A DNA stretch of 64,000 nt from Gammaproteobacteria bacterium (GTDB lineage Bacteria; Pseudomonadota; Gammaproteobacteria; JADZEE01): NCBI GenBank assembly GCA_050183625.1, contig JBFXBD010000014.1, positions 14,545 to 78,544 on the forward strand. The letters run 5' to 3'. Shown piece by piece: positions 22,519 to 32,643 of the stretch (the stretch's first letter is position 1; the number at the start of each line of letters is the position of its first letter). A program made the position numbers and the translations under genes. Under the pieces are notes generated by a model. That model was not told the DNA's origin and did no database searches. It saw only the letters and a list, made by a program, of their open reading frames with translations.

Positions 22519-24033
22519 TCAGCCCTGTGCCTGCGGCGCCGCGCGCAACGCGTTCTTGTCGACCTTCTGCATCGCGTTCACCGGCAATTCCTCGACGATG
22601 ACCAGCCTGTCCGGCGCCTTGTAGTCCGCGATCCGCGCCCGCGTCCAGGCGCGCAGGGTTTCCAGGTCCGGCGGTGCGCCGCGATCGGCCGGCACCACGA
22701 ACGCCACGCCGATCTCGCCCAGCACCGGTGCCGGCACCCCGACCACGGCCGCGGCGGCCACCGCCGGGTGCTCGGTCAGCACGTTTTCGACTTCCAGCGG
22801 ATAGACGTTGTAGCCGCCACGGATGTACATGTCGCCGACGCGGCCGGCGAGGATGAGGTTGCCCTGCGGATCGAGCCGGCCGAGATCGCCGGAGGTGATC
22901 CAGCCGTCCGGCGAGAGCACGGTCGCGGTCAGCACCGGTTCGTTCCAGTAGCCTCGCATCGCCGTGGGCGCATGGATGCGCACCCGGCCCACCTCGCCCG
23001 GCGGCACTTCACGGCCTTCGCCATCGACGATCTGCAGCTTCACGCCAATCTGCGCCCGGCCGACGGTGCGGTACTTCACCTGCGGATCGTCATCCGGCTC
23101 GCTGCCGGTCACACCGGCCACCTCGGTCATCGCGTAGCGCGAGATCACCGGGGCACCCAGGATCCGCGTCAGCTCCTCGATCAGCTCCGGCGGGGTCGGC
23201 GCGGTGCTCGACATCGCCAGCCGCACGTGCGGGAAGCGCAGGCCGGCCAGCCCCGGCAGCTTGACGAACTTCGCCCACTGCGCCGGCACCGCGGAGGCGA
23301 ACGTAACGCGCTCGTCGACGATCAGGCGCAGCATGTCGGCCGCCGGGCAGCGCGGCGGTGCGACGACGATGTCGATCACGAACGCGACCTGCTCCCAGAC
23401 CTTGACCATGAAGCCGGCATGCGCGAACGGCGTCGCCGCCAGGCGCCGATCGAACGGCGCGCCCATCACCCCGGCCACGGTCACATTGGCGTACAGGCCG
23501 CGGTGATCGAACCACGCGCCCTTGGGAATGCCGGTGGTACCGCTGGTCCAGATGATGACCGCCGGATCCTCGTGGCGCCGCCGGGGCCTGCGGGCTCCCA
23601 GGCCCGTGCCGCGATAGGCGGCCGCGAGCGCACTCATCGGCAGGGTGTCGATCGGCCGGCCAACGTCCGGCAGGACGGTGCCGTCCTCGACGATGACAAG
23701 CCGCGGCGTGCACTTGTTCAGGATGCCGGCAATTTCGCGCGGCCCCAAACGGGTATTGATGCCGGTGCCGATCGCGCCTGCAAGCTGCGCGGCGCCGTAG
23801 CAGATTGCGAAATCGATGCCGGTGGGCAGGAGGATGGCGACCACGTCGCCCGGGGCCACGCCGCGCCCGGCAAGCGTGGCCGCCAGGCCATCCGCGTCCC
23901 GGTGCCACTGCGCGTAGCTGAGCCGGCGCGTACCGTCGACGAAGGCTTCGTAGCGCCCGTACTCGCGCGCAGCCTCCTCGAACGCATCGGCGAAGGTCGG
24001 GCGCGGGCCGGCAATCAGTGGAGTCGGATACAT
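22519..24033 (-). CDS. AMP-dependent acyl-CoA synthetase/ligase
   Basis: 504 aa; WTSGTTGIPKG, YAMTEV, SGDLGRLDPQGNLILAGRVGDM, C-terminal MQKVDKNALR. Confidence 0.9.
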   Translation of the reverse strand: MYPTPLIAGPRPTFADAFEEAAREYGRYEAFVDGTRRLSYAQWHRDADGLAATLAGRGVAPGDVVAILLPTGIDFAICYGAAQLAGAIGTGINTRLGPREIAGILNKCTPRLVIVEDGTVLPDVGRPIDTLPMSALAAAYRGTGLGARRPRRRHEDPAVIIWTSGTTGIPKGAWFDHRGLYANVTVAGVMGAPFDRRLAATPFAHAGFMVKVWEQVAFVIDIVVAPPRCPAADMLRLIVDERVTFASAVPAQWAKFVKLPGLAGLRFPHVRLAMSSTAPTPPELIEELTRILGAPVISRYAMTEVAGVTGSEPDDDPQVKYRTVGRAQIGVKLQIVDGEGREVPPGEVGRVRIHAPTAMRGYWNEPVLTATVLSPDGWITSGDLGRLDPQGNLILAGRVGDMYIRGGYNVYPLEVENVLTEHPAVAAAAVVGVPAPVLGEIGVAFVVPADRGAPPDLETLRAWTRARIADYKAPDRLVIVEELPVNAMQKVDKNALRAAPQAQG

Positions 24034-24088
24034 CGGTTCGTGAACCTTTGGCGGGAAAGCCGATGATGCGGCAGGCGACCGGGTGCGG

Positions 24089-24769
24089 CTATTGCCAGCG
24101 ATCCCAATGAAGTATCTCGTCCACGGGCCGGCGCGCGGCGCGCTTGAACGGCTCGCCCTTCACGTAGGCCACCGGGATCAGCGCGATCTGCTTCACGTCC
24201 GGCGGGAGGTTCAGGACCGTCGCCGCCTCGGCTTCGCGCAGCAGGTGCGCGGTGGTCAGCACGGTGCCGAGGCCGCGGCTGTACGCGGCAAGCTGGAAAT
24301 TCCAGATGGCGGGGTAGATCGAACCGAACAGCGTGGAATCGTTGAACGCGTCGCGCAATCCGCTCGCGCCGGCGATGCACGGAATCACCATCGCCGGTAC
24401 CCGCGCCAGGTGTTCGATCAGGTACATCGCCGAGCCCATCACCCGCTCGGTCTGCGCCGGATCGACCAGCGCCCGGTTCGCGGCGGTGGCTTCCATGTAC
24501 TTCTGCACGCTCTCGCCGCCGGCCGCCATGGCGCCGGCGTACAGATCCGCCAGCGACCTGCGCTGGGCCGGATCGGTGACGATCACCCAGCGCCAGTTCT
24601 GCGTATTGGAGCCGGTGGGTGCCTGGATGGCGATTTCAAGGCACTCGCGCAGCAGTGCGCGTTCGACGGGCCGGTCGAAGTCCAGGCGCTTGCGTGCCGC
24701 GCGCGTCGTGGTCAGCAGCCGATCGGTGATCCGGCGTTCCTGGTCGGTGAACATGGCGATCGTCTCCAT
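24089..24769 (-). CDS. nitroreductase family protein
   Basis: Within ORF 24089..25243; start ATG 24769 (METIAMFTDQE). APTGSNTQNWRWVIV and LAAYSRGLGTV motifs. The upstream part of the listed ORF overlaps DedA and is not coding. Confidence 0.8.
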   Translation of the reverse strand: METIAMFTDQERRITDRLLTTTRAARKRLDFDRPVERALLRECLEIAIQAPTGSNTQNWRWVIVTDPAQRRSLADLYAGAMAAGGESVQKYMEATAANRALVDPAQTERVMGSAMYLIEHLARVPAMVIPCIAGASGLRDAFNDSTLFGSIYPAIWNFQLAAYSRGLGTVLTTAHLLREAEAATVLNLPPDVKQIALIPVAYVKGEPFKRAARRPVDEILHWDRWQ

Positions 24770-24830
24770 CGTGGCGGGCCGTTCCTGACTGGCGTTCGTG
24801 CGCGGCCGGGGCTGCAGTATAGCCAAAGGG

Positions 24831-25457
24831 TCAGTCGGAGCGGCCGCGGCGGCGCAACGCGCGCACGGCCAGCAGCGCGAGAACGACACCGATCGCACCG
24901 CCACCCAGCCAAAGCGAGAAGTGGTGCGCGCGGTCGATCGCGCCGTTGAACAGATCCGCGTCGCGGCCGAAGCTCTGCCACAGCCAATGGCCGATCCAGA
25001 CGAACAGGGGCACGCTGACCAGCGCGGCCAGGCCGTCCAGGCACAGGAAGGTCCACGGCGACACGCGCATCGAACCGGCCGAAAAGAATATCGGCGCACG
25101 CAGCCCCGGAAGGAAGCGGGCGAGGAAGATGCCGACGGCGCCGTGGCGCGCGTAGAACGCCCGCACCCGATTCTGCTTGTGAGGCGGCAGCACCGCGTGC
25201 ATCCAGCGCGACTCCAGCAGCCGGTCTCCGAAACGACGGCCACCGTAGAACGTGAGCAGATCGCCGCCGAGCACGGCCGTGTACATCAGCGCGCCCACGA
25301 ACGGCCAGGCCCGGCCCTCCATCGCCGCCAGCGCACCGGCCAGGATCAGCACGATGTCCTCGGGCATGGGCAGCCCGAGGCCGCACAGCACGAGGATCGC
25401 GAACGGCCCCCAGAGCGACAGCGGTCCCTGCAACTGCGTCAGGAAGGAATCGATCAT
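24831..25457 (-). CDS. DedA family membrane protein
   Basis: 208 aa and multi-pass hydrophobic. GLPMPEDIVLILAGAL and FLARFLPGLRAPIFFSAG signatures. Confidence 0.85.
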   Translation of the reverse strand: MIDSFLTQLQGPLSLWGPFAILVLCGLGLPMPEDIVLILAGALAAMEGRAWPFVGALMYTAVLGGDLLTFYGGRRFGDRLLESRWMHAVLPPHKQNRVRAFYARHGAVGIFLARFLPGLRAPIFFSAGSMRVSPWTFLCLDGLAALVSVPLFVWIGHWLWQSFGRDADLFNGAIDRAHHFSLWLGGGAIGVVLALLAVRALRRRGRSD

Positions 25458-25634
25458 GACCTCGGTTCGAGCTCATCGGGCTGGCGTCCGGCGCCACGCG
25501 CAAACGCGCGGGACGGGGCGCGACTGAGCGTGCGCCTGCCCGCTGCTCGCGGGCAGTATAGCGACGAACGCGCGCCGGATCGCCGCAATGCCTTCGAACG
25601 GCGAATGCATCGCGTCATGCGCCGTCGGACCGGC

Positions 25635-26540
25635 CTAGCCGGTCTGCGCGCAGACGAAGTGCAGGAAGTCCAGCACGCTCGCTGGAACGCCCGCGGCGGC
25701 GACATCGGCCTGGAAGGCCGCGGGATCCGCGAAGTCGATCCGGCGCAGGCCCTGCCGGGCGAGAAATGCGTCGATGCCGGCGGGTTCGATCGTGAAGCGG
25801 AACACTTCGCCGCTGGAGGCGTTGTCCGCGCGGATGTGGGCGAGGCTGCGGGCGCTGATGGTCCACGGCGGCATGAAGCTGAAGATGAAACGGCTCGGGC
25901 GAGCGGCGCGCTCGCGCACGAAGCCGAACATGTCCAACACCGCTTCCTCGGGCAGCCACTCCATCACACCCTCGGACAGGAACAGCGTGCGCGCGCCCGC
26001 CTCGTAGCCTGCACCCTGCAGCCGATCGCGCCAGGCCTCGCGCTCGAAATCGATCGGCAGCAGGGTGACGTTCGGCGGCAGCCGCCCGTTCGCGTCGATG
26101 CAGGCGCCGCGGTAGGCGATGACTTCCGGGGTGTCGATTTCGAACACCCGCCGTGTACCGATACGGTCCGCCAGGCGCAGGGACAACGTATCCAGCCCGG
26201 CACCGAAGACGACGATCTGTTCGATGCCGGCATCCAGCGCCGCGAGCACGTGCCGGCGCACCCAGGGCTTGCGATAAACGTGATGGGTGCAGATGCCCGG
26301 CTTGCCGTTTTGCGCTTCGAGCGCGGCGATGTATTCGCGCACCGCCCGCGGATCGCTCAATGCCGCGATCGTCGCCCCCGCCTCGGCGGAAATCGCAGCG
26401 GCGAACCACTGCGCGTACGGATCCTGCAGGATGCGCGCGTAGTCGGGATCGCGGTTCATGATCGCGATGCTGGTCGCGTTCATCATCGCGCTGCGCGAAA
26501 TAGGGCTGTTGGCTGGCTGGCCGATGCCGCCGATGCTCAT
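25635..26540 (-). CDS. class I SAM-dependent methyltransferase (leucine carboxyl / O-methyltransferase-like)
   Basis: Within ORF 25635..26735; start taken at ATG 26540 (MSIGGIGQ). VVFGAGLDTLSLRL motif I, FEIDTPEVI, LFLSEGVMEWLPEE. Confidence 0.7.
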   Translation of the reverse strand: MSIGGIGQPANSPISRSAMMNATSIAIMNRDPDYARILQDPYAQWFAAAISAEAGATIAALSDPRAVREYIAALEAQNGKPGICTHHVYRKPWVRRHVLAALDAGIEQIVVFGAGLDTLSLRLADRIGTRRVFEIDTPEVIAYRGACIDANGRLPPNVTLLPIDFEREAWRDRLQGAGYEAGARTLFLSEGVMEWLPEEAVLDMFGFVRERAARPSRFIFSFMPPWTISARSLAHIRADNASSGEVFRFTIEPAGIDAFLARQGLRRIDFADPAAFQADVAAAGVPASVLDFLHFVCAQTG

Positions 26541-26707
26541 GGTAGCCGTCCGGTGTGATCGACGACCGCCAATGTATCGATTCCGCGCCGGCCGGAACAC
26601 CGTCGCGATGCCCGCCGCCAGGACATGGGCAACCGGCCGCACTCGCCCCTGCCTGACTCCGGGAAATTCCCAGCCCGCTGCCCGGGCCTGGCGAACTGGA
26701 GGCGAAG

Positions 26708-26731
26708 TGGCGTCCCCACGGGGATTCGAAC
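26708..26731 (-). repeat. 24-bp exact duplicate of the 3' end of tRNA-Glu (att-like direct repeat)
   Basis: TGGCGTCCCCACGGGGATTCGAAC at 26708-26731 is identical to 27590-27613, which is the CCA end, acceptor 3' strand and T-arm of the intact tRNA-Glu. Sequence beyond it cannot form the rest of a tRNA. Confidence 0.8.
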
Positions 26732-26858
26732 GCAATACCGGCTATTTGGCGATCCCCTGGCGGGCGTAGTTCCACACCGGAATCCAACTGGTAGCGTCAT
26801 CGCCACCGGAGCGGCGACTGCCGAACCCATCATTGGAGCGACAAATGCCCTGTTCTAA

Positions 26859-27469
<611 letters not shown>

Positions 27470-27589
27470 TCAAGTACTCAATTCTGATCGGTATCCTCGA
27501 AGTCCCCGGCGTGTGCCGCAACTTCGGCGACACACGCCGCTGATAATTTAGACGCCGATCTATACCATGTTGATGATTATAGTAATTTT

Positions 27590-27665
27590 TGGCGTCCCCA
27601 CGGGGATTCGAACCCCGGTTACCGCCGTGAAAGGGCGATGTCCTAGGCCTCTAGACGATGGGGAC
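27590..27665 (-). tRNA. tRNA-Glu (anticodon UUC)
   Basis: Reverse complement GTCCCCATCGTCTAGAGGCCTAGGACATCGCCCTTTCACGGCGGTAACCGGGGTTCGAATCCCCGTGGGGACGCCA folds as a cloverleaf. Anticodon loop CTTTCAC; encoded CCA. Confidence 0.95.
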
Positions 27666-27716
27666 GGGAACCGACCTCAAACAAAAAGGCCCGCAACCAG
27701 CGAGCCTTCAACGATT

Positions 27717-27792
<76 letters not shown>

Positions 27793-27832
27793 ACGAGGTA
27801 ATCCGGCAATTTAAGTATCGGTCCGTTTCCTG

Positions 27833-29245
27833 TCAAGAATTCTTTGCGCCCCGGATATGATCCGCGGCCCGGTCCAGGCGAGCCAGCACCCGCTCGCGTC
27901 CGATGAGTTCGGCCGTCGCATCGATCGGCGGCGACACCGTGCCGCCGGTCAATGCCACGCGCAGCGGCTGGGCCACCTTGCCGAGCTTGACGCCCTGCGC
28001 TTCGGCCACCGCGCCCAGCGCCGCGTGGATATCCTCGCGGACCCAGGCCGCCAGAGCTGTCAGGCGCGCGCGCAGCGCTTCCAGCGCGGAAAGGTTATCG
28101 GCCGTGAGCTGTGTTTCCGCAGCCTTGTGTTCGTAGGCCTGCGGCTCGAGGTAGAAATACCGGCAGGCTCCGGCCATCTCCACGAGCGTCCTTGCGCGCT
28201 CCTTGAGCACGTCGACCACCGCGGCGAGCGGCGGGCCGGCCGCGATGTCCACCCCGTCGCGCTCCAGGTGCGCCCGCAGCCGCGCGCCGGTCTCCTGCAG
28301 CGGCCGGGTCTTGATGTAGTGCTGGTTCAGCCACAGGAGCTTGTCCGGGTTCACCGCCGCTGCGGACTTGTTCAGATCGGCGATGTCGAATCGCGCGATC
28401 ATCTCCTCGCGCGAGAAGATCTCCTCGTCGCCATGCGACCAGCCCAGCCGAACCAGGTAGTTGTTCAGCGCCTCGGGCAGGATGCCGTCGTCGCGGTATT
28501 GCAGCACGCTCACCGCGCCATGGCGCTTGGAGAGCTTCTTGCCGTCCGGGCCCAGGATCATGGGCACATGGGCGTACACCGGCCGCGGCGCGCCGATCGC
28601 CTCGATGATGTTGACCTGGCGCGGCGTGTTGTTGAGGTGGTCGTCGCCGCGGATCACGTGGGTGATGCGCATGTCGACGTCGTCCACTACGACGCAGAAG
28701 TTGTACGTCGGTGTGCCGTCGCCGCGGGCGATGACGAGATCGTCGAGTTCGTCGTTGCGGAACCGCACCATGCCGTGGACGCGGTCGTCGACCACCACTT
28801 CTCCGCCAATCGGGTTCTTGAACCGGATCACAGGCGCCACCCCCACCGGCGGCGCGGCGTGGCGCTGGCGGCAGCGGCCGTCGTAGCGCGGCTTGTCCCC
28901 GCGTGCCATCGCCGCCGCGCGCATCGCGTCGAGTTCCTCCCGGCTGCACCAGCAGCGGTAGGCCTTGCCGGCGCGCAGCAGTTCCTCGACGACCTCGCGG
29001 TAGCGTTCGAATCGCTGCGTCTGGTAGAAGGGGCCCTCGTCGTAGTCCAGGCCAAGCCAGGCCATGCCGTCGAAGATCACCTGCACCGCCGCTTCGGTGG
29101 AGCGCTCCCGATCGGTATCCTCGATGCGCATCACCATCGTGCCACCGTGGTGGCGCGCGTACAGCCAGTTGAACAGGGCCGTGCGGGCGCTGCCGATGTG
29201 CAGGTCGCCCGTGGGGCTGGGAGGGAAGCGGGTGCGAACCGTCAT
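27833..29245 (-). CDS. gltX: glutamate--tRNA ligase
   Basis: MTVRTRFPPSPTGDLHIGSARTALFNWLYARHHGG (HIGH motif) and KLSKRHG (KMSKS motif); 470 aa. Confidence 0.95.
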   Translation of the reverse strand: MTVRTRFPPSPTGDLHIGSARTALFNWLYARHHGGTMVMRIEDTDRERSTEAAVQVIFDGMAWLGLDYDEGPFYQTQRFERYREVVEELLRAGKAYRCWCSREELDAMRAAAMARGDKPRYDGRCRQRHAAPPVGVAPVIRFKNPIGGEVVVDDRVHGMVRFRNDELDDLVIARGDGTPTYNFCVVVDDVDMRITHVIRGDDHLNNTPRQVNIIEAIGAPRPVYAHVPMILGPDGKKLSKRHGAVSVLQYRDDGILPEALNNYLVRLGWSHGDEEIFSREEMIARFDIADLNKSAAAVNPDKLLWLNQHYIKTRPLQETGARLRAHLERDGVDIAAGPPLAAVVDVLKERARTLVEMAGACRYFYLEPQAYEHKAAETQLTADNLSALEALRARLTALAAWVREDIHAALGAVAEAQGVKLGKVAQPLRVALTGGTVSPPIDATAELIGRERVLARLDRAADHIRGAKNS

Positions 29246-29273
29246 GGCGGCGCCGTCGTGCGGAAAGCGGGCG

Positions 29274-29279
29274 ATTATA
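29274..29279 (-). promoter_or_regulatory. candidate -10 box (TATAAT) for gltX
   Basis: ATTATA on the plus strand equals a perfect TATAAT on the minus strand, 28 nt upstream of the gltX ATG. It stands out in GC-rich sequence. No convincing -35 element. Confidence 0.3.
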
Positions 29280-29300
29280 CCGTGCGGCCGGGCCCCGGGT

Positions 29301-29330
29301 TTGACCGGCGCCGGGCGCGGCCTCTAGAAT
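29301..29330 (+). promoter_or_regulatory. candidate sigma70 promoter for tRNA-Val
   Basis: TTGACC (29301-29306), an 18-nt spacer, then TAGAAT (29325-29330). The tRNA starts at 29347. Confidence 0.5.
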
Positions 29331-29346
29331 CTGCCACCTCTGATCA

Positions 29347-29421
29347 GGGCGATTAGCTCAGCGGGAGAGCGCTCCCTTCACACGGGAGAGGTCGTAGGTT
29401 CGATCCCTACATCGCCCACCA
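29347..29421 (+). tRNA. tRNA-Val (anticodon CAC)
   Basis: GGGCGATTAGCTCAGCGGGAGAGCGCTCCCTTCACACGGGAGAGGTCGTAGGTTCGATCCCTACATCGCCCACCA. Anticodon loop TTCACAC; encoded CCA. Confidence 0.95.
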
Positions 29422-29484
29422 GTCCCACTGCGGCGTCCGTGCCCAGAGCGCGAACCAAATCGACCCCCGTCCCGCCGCCGAACG

Positions 29485-30729
29485 ATGAGCTTCAGCCTCG
29501 ACCAGTTCTACCAGCTCAACCGCAAGGCACTGATCTGGGCGATCCTTGCAGTCGTGCTGTGGCTGATGCGCGACTTCTTCGCGCTGATCTTCATGACCTT
29601 CCTGCTCGCCTTCATGGCCGCTCCGCTGACCCGCCTCGGCGCGCGGCGCCTGCGGCTGCCCGAGCGCGTCGCGCTGGTCATCGTCTACCTGCTGTTCCTG
29701 GCGCTGCTGACGGCCTTCGCCCGATTCGTGCCGCCGGCGGTCGCGCGCGAGGTCAACCTGCTGGCCGGCAACGTTGAAACCTTGCAGACACGCCTGTTCG
29801 AAGCCAAGAACGAACTGGTGGACCGGTTCCCGCCGCTGCGGCGCATGGTTCCGGAGCTTATCCGAGGCGAACTGGACGATCGCCAGCTCGAGATCCTCGA
29901 CGCCGAATCCCGGGCCGAGCAGGTCCAGCTCGGGATTGCGGACGCCGAGCTGGCCGAATTCCTGGCCTCGGGAGCGGCGCCGGAGGGCCGCGAGCCGGTG
30001 TTCCGCAAGTTTGCCCTGGACGCCGATCAGCGCCTGCTGAACGCGGCATTCGAGCGCATGCGCCCGGGCATCGTGAGCGGCGCACGCGCGGGCGCGACGC
30101 TGCTCTACCAGGCCACGGCGACCATCCTGCTGGCGCTGTTGTTCAGTTTCCTCATCCTCATGGACATCGCCCGGATTCGCGCCCAGGTACAGGCGCTGAA
30201 GTCCTCGCGGTTGCGCGATTTCTACGAAGCGGCCGCAATGCCGGTGGTCAGGTTCGGGTACGTCGTGGGGCGCGCGTTCCAGGCCCAGGCCATGATCGCG
30301 GTCACCAATACGGTCCTGACCGCGCTCGGCCTGGTGCTGTTGTCCATCCCCTCGCTCACGATGCTGTCGGTGATCGTGTTCCTGTGCAGCTTCATCCCGG
30401 TGCTGGGCGTCTTCATCTCGACCACGCCGATCGTGCTGGTCGCGCTGAACGCCGGCGGCGTCGGGCTGGCGCTGGCGGCCATCGGACTGGTGATCGTCAT
30501 CCATGCGATTGAAGCCTACATGCTCAACCCGATGATCTACGGCCAGCACTTCAACCTGAACCCGGTGCTGGTACTGATCGTGCTGTTCATCGCCCACCAT
30601 GCGTTCGGCGTCTGGGGCATGCTGCTCGGCGTGCCCGTCACCCAATACATCCTGCACGACGTGTTCGGCGTGCCGGTCTGGAACGAGAAACGGATGCCAC
30701 GGGCGACGGCCCGGACGCCGGACGGCTGA
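29485..30729 (+). CDS. AI-2E family transporter (PerM/UPF0118-like permease)
   Basis: 414 aa, multi-pass membrane protein. The C-terminal half (FIPVLGVFISTTPIVLVAL ... IHAIEAYMLNPMIYG) is typical of the AI-2E family. Confidence 0.8.
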   Translation: MSFSLDQFYQLNRKALIWAILAVVLWLMRDFFALIFMTFLLAFMAAPLTRLGARRLRLPERVALVIVYLLFLALLTAFARFVPPAVAREVNLLAGNVETLQTRLFEAKNELVDRFPPLRRMVPELIRGELDDRQLEILDAESRAEQVQLGIADAELAEFLASGAAPEGREPVFRKFALDADQRLLNAAFERMRPGIVSGARAGATLLYQATATILLALLFSFLILMDIARIRAQVQALKSSRLRDFYEAAAMPVVRFGYVVGRAFQAQAMIAVTNTVLTALGLVLLSIPSLTMLSVIVFLCSFIPVLGVFISTTPIVLVALNAGGVGLALAAIGLVIVIHAIEAYMLNPMIYGQHFNLNPVLVLIVLFIAHHAFGVWGMLLGVPVTQYILHDVFGVPVWNEKRMPRATARTPDG

Positions 30730-30750
30730 CTCCATGCCGCGGCGTCGGGT

Positions 30751-32643
30751 TCAGATTTCGATCTGCGAACCCAGCTCGACCACGCGATTGGGCGGGATGC
30801 GGAAGAAACGGGCCGCGTCCAGGGCGTTGTGCTGCATGAACGCGAACAGTGCGCGGCGCAGCCGCGGCAGCATCAGGCGCGGGCGCAGGCCGAGGATCAG
30901 CGTCTCGCGCCCCAGGAAGAACGTGGTATCCATCATGTCGATGTCAATGTGCGGGCCGGCCACCCGCGTAAGCGCGATCGGCACGGCCGGGCGCTGGGTA
31001 TAGCCGTAGCGCAGCGTCGCGCAATAGAACCCCTGCCCCAGCGGCCGGATGTCGCCACGCTCGTCCTCGTCCACCGTCGGGATGCGCTCGGTGAGGACCG
31101 TCAGCAGCACGACCTTCTCGTGCAGTACCTTGTTGTGCTTGAGGTTGTGCAGCAGTGCGCGCGGCACCGCCGACGCCTGGCGCGTCAGGTATACGGCCGT
31201 GCCCGGAACCCGCACGATGCCCTGTTCGCCGAGGCTGGACAGGAACAGCTCGAGCGGCAGGCTCTCGGCATCCAGCGCCGAAGTCAGGTAGCTGCGTCCG
31301 CGTGCCCAGGTCGCCAGCGCGACGTAGATGAGCACGGCGATGGCAATCGGAAACCAGCCGCCGGTCGGGATCTTCAACAGCGTGGACAGCAGGAACGCGG
31401 ATTGAACGACCAGGAACGGCAGGGAGAATGCCGCCGCGAGTGCCCGCGACCAACCCCACACCCGGCGGGCGACGAAGTACAGGAACAACGTCGTCAGCAG
31501 CATCGCGGCCGCCACGGCGATGCCGTAGGCGGAGGCCAGCCGGCTGGAGGTCTCGAAGTGCAGCACCAGAGCCACCGTGCCGGCCAGGAATCCCCAGTTC
31601 ACACCCGGGATGTAGACTTGGCCGATCACCTCGTTGGAAGTCTGCACCACCCGCAGGCGCGGGCAGTAGCCGAGCTGGATCGCCTGGCTGGTCATGGAGA
31701 ACGCGCCCGAGATCACCGCCTGCGAGGCGATCACGGTCGCGCAGGTCGCCAACACGACGAACGGCACCAGCGCCCACTGCGGCGCGAGGCTGTAGAAAAG
31801 GCTCCCGAGTGCATGCGGTTCGCGCAGCAGCAACGCGCCCTGGCCGAAGTAGTTCAGCAGCAGCCCGGGCAGGACGATCGCGAACCACGCGACCCGGATC
31901 GGCAGGCGGCCGAAATGCCCCATGTCGGCATACAGCGCCTCGCCACCGGTGATCACCAGGAACACCGTGCCGAGCAGCGTGAAGGCCAGCCAGCCGTTGC
32001 CGACGAAGAAGTCGATCGCGTGCCGCGGGTCCACCGCCGCCAGCACGTGCGGCGTGTGCGCGATGGACACCGCGCCCAGCACACCGAGCAGCGCGAACCA
32101 GGCGAGCATGATCGGCCCGAATACGCTGCCGATCCGCTCGGTGCCGAAGCGCTGTGAAAGATACAGTCCGAACAGTACCGTCAGCGCGATTGGGATGACG
32201 AAGTGCTCGAAGCGCGGCGCGACCGACTCCAGCCCCTCGACGGCACTGAGCACCGAGATCGCGGGCGTGATCATCGCGTCGGCGTAGATGAACGCGGTCC
32301 CGAGCAGGCCGGCGATCACCAGCCAGGCAATCCCGCGCCTGCGCTCCGAAGCTTCCGCGACCAGCGTCATCAAGGCCAGGATGCCGCCCTCGCCGCGGTT
32401 GTCGGCGCGCAGCATGAACACGACGTACTTGATGGAAACCACGAGGATCAGCGACCAGAACATCAGCGACAGGATGCCCAGGACGTTGGCTTCCACCGGC
32501 GCCAGGACGCCCGAGAAGCATTCCCTCAGGGCGTACAGCGGGCTGGTACCGATGTCGCCGTAGACGATGCCCAGCGCGCCGAGTGTCAGCATGCGCAGGC
32601 GCCCGGCACCGGCCTCGCCGTGCGAAGGACCCTCGCCGCTCAT
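30751..32643 (-). CDS. kup: potassium uptake transporter Kup
   Basis: Within ORF 30751..33099; start ATG 32643 (MSGEGPSH), giving 630 aa. LGALGIVYGDIGTSPLYALRECF signature. The ATG overlaps the stop of the upstream exchanger gene (ATGA). Confidence 0.9.
   Translation of the reverse strand: MSGEGPSHGEAGAGRLRMLTLGALGIVYGDIGTSPLYALRECFSGVLAPVEANVLGILSLMFWSLILVVSIKYVVFMLRADNRGEGGILALMTLVAEASERRRGIAWLVIAGLLGTAFIYADAMITPAISVLSAVEGLESVAPRFEHFVIPIALTVLFGLYLSQRFGTERIGSVFGPIMLAWFALLGVLGAVSIAHTPHVLAAVDPRHAIDFFVGNGWLAFTLLGTVFLVITGGEALYADMGHFGRLPIRVAWFAIVLPGLLLNYFGQGALLLREPHALGSLFYSLAPQWALVPFVVLATCATVIASQAVISGAFSMTSQAIQLGYCPRLRVVQTSNEVIGQVYIPGVNWGFLAGTVALVLHFETSSRLASAYGIAVAAAMLLTTLFLYFVARRVWGWSRALAAAFSLPFLVVQSAFLLSTLLKIPTGGWFPIAIAVLIYVALATWARGRSYLTSALDAESLPLELFLSSLGEQGIVRVPGTAVYLTRQASAVPRALLHNLKHNKVLHEKVVLLTVLTERIPTVDEDERGDIRPLGQGFYCATLRYGYTQRPAVPIALTRVAGPHIDIDMMDTTFFLGRETLILGLRPRLMLPRLRRALFAFMQHNALDAARFFRIPPNRVVELGSQIEI

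Noticed and set aside
24816-24821. TATACT / TATAAT-like boxes (also near 20615-20625 and 25555-25565) as promoters for the nitroreductase, SDR and DedA genes.
   Set aside because: They stand out in GC-rich DNA and lie upstream of gene starts. I could not find acceptable -35 elements, and some sit in very short intergenic gaps consistent with read-through transcription. They are too weak to annotate individually.
26708-26800. Possibility that the tRNA-like sequence at 26708 is a complete second tRNA or the 3' end of a tmRNA.
   Set aside because: Only the CCA end, acceptor 3' strand and 3' half of the T-arm (24 nt) are present. The adjacent bases (TTGCG in the RNA sense) cannot pair to form the T-stem. 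I could not fold a D-arm, an anticodon arm or tmRNA pseudoknot context.
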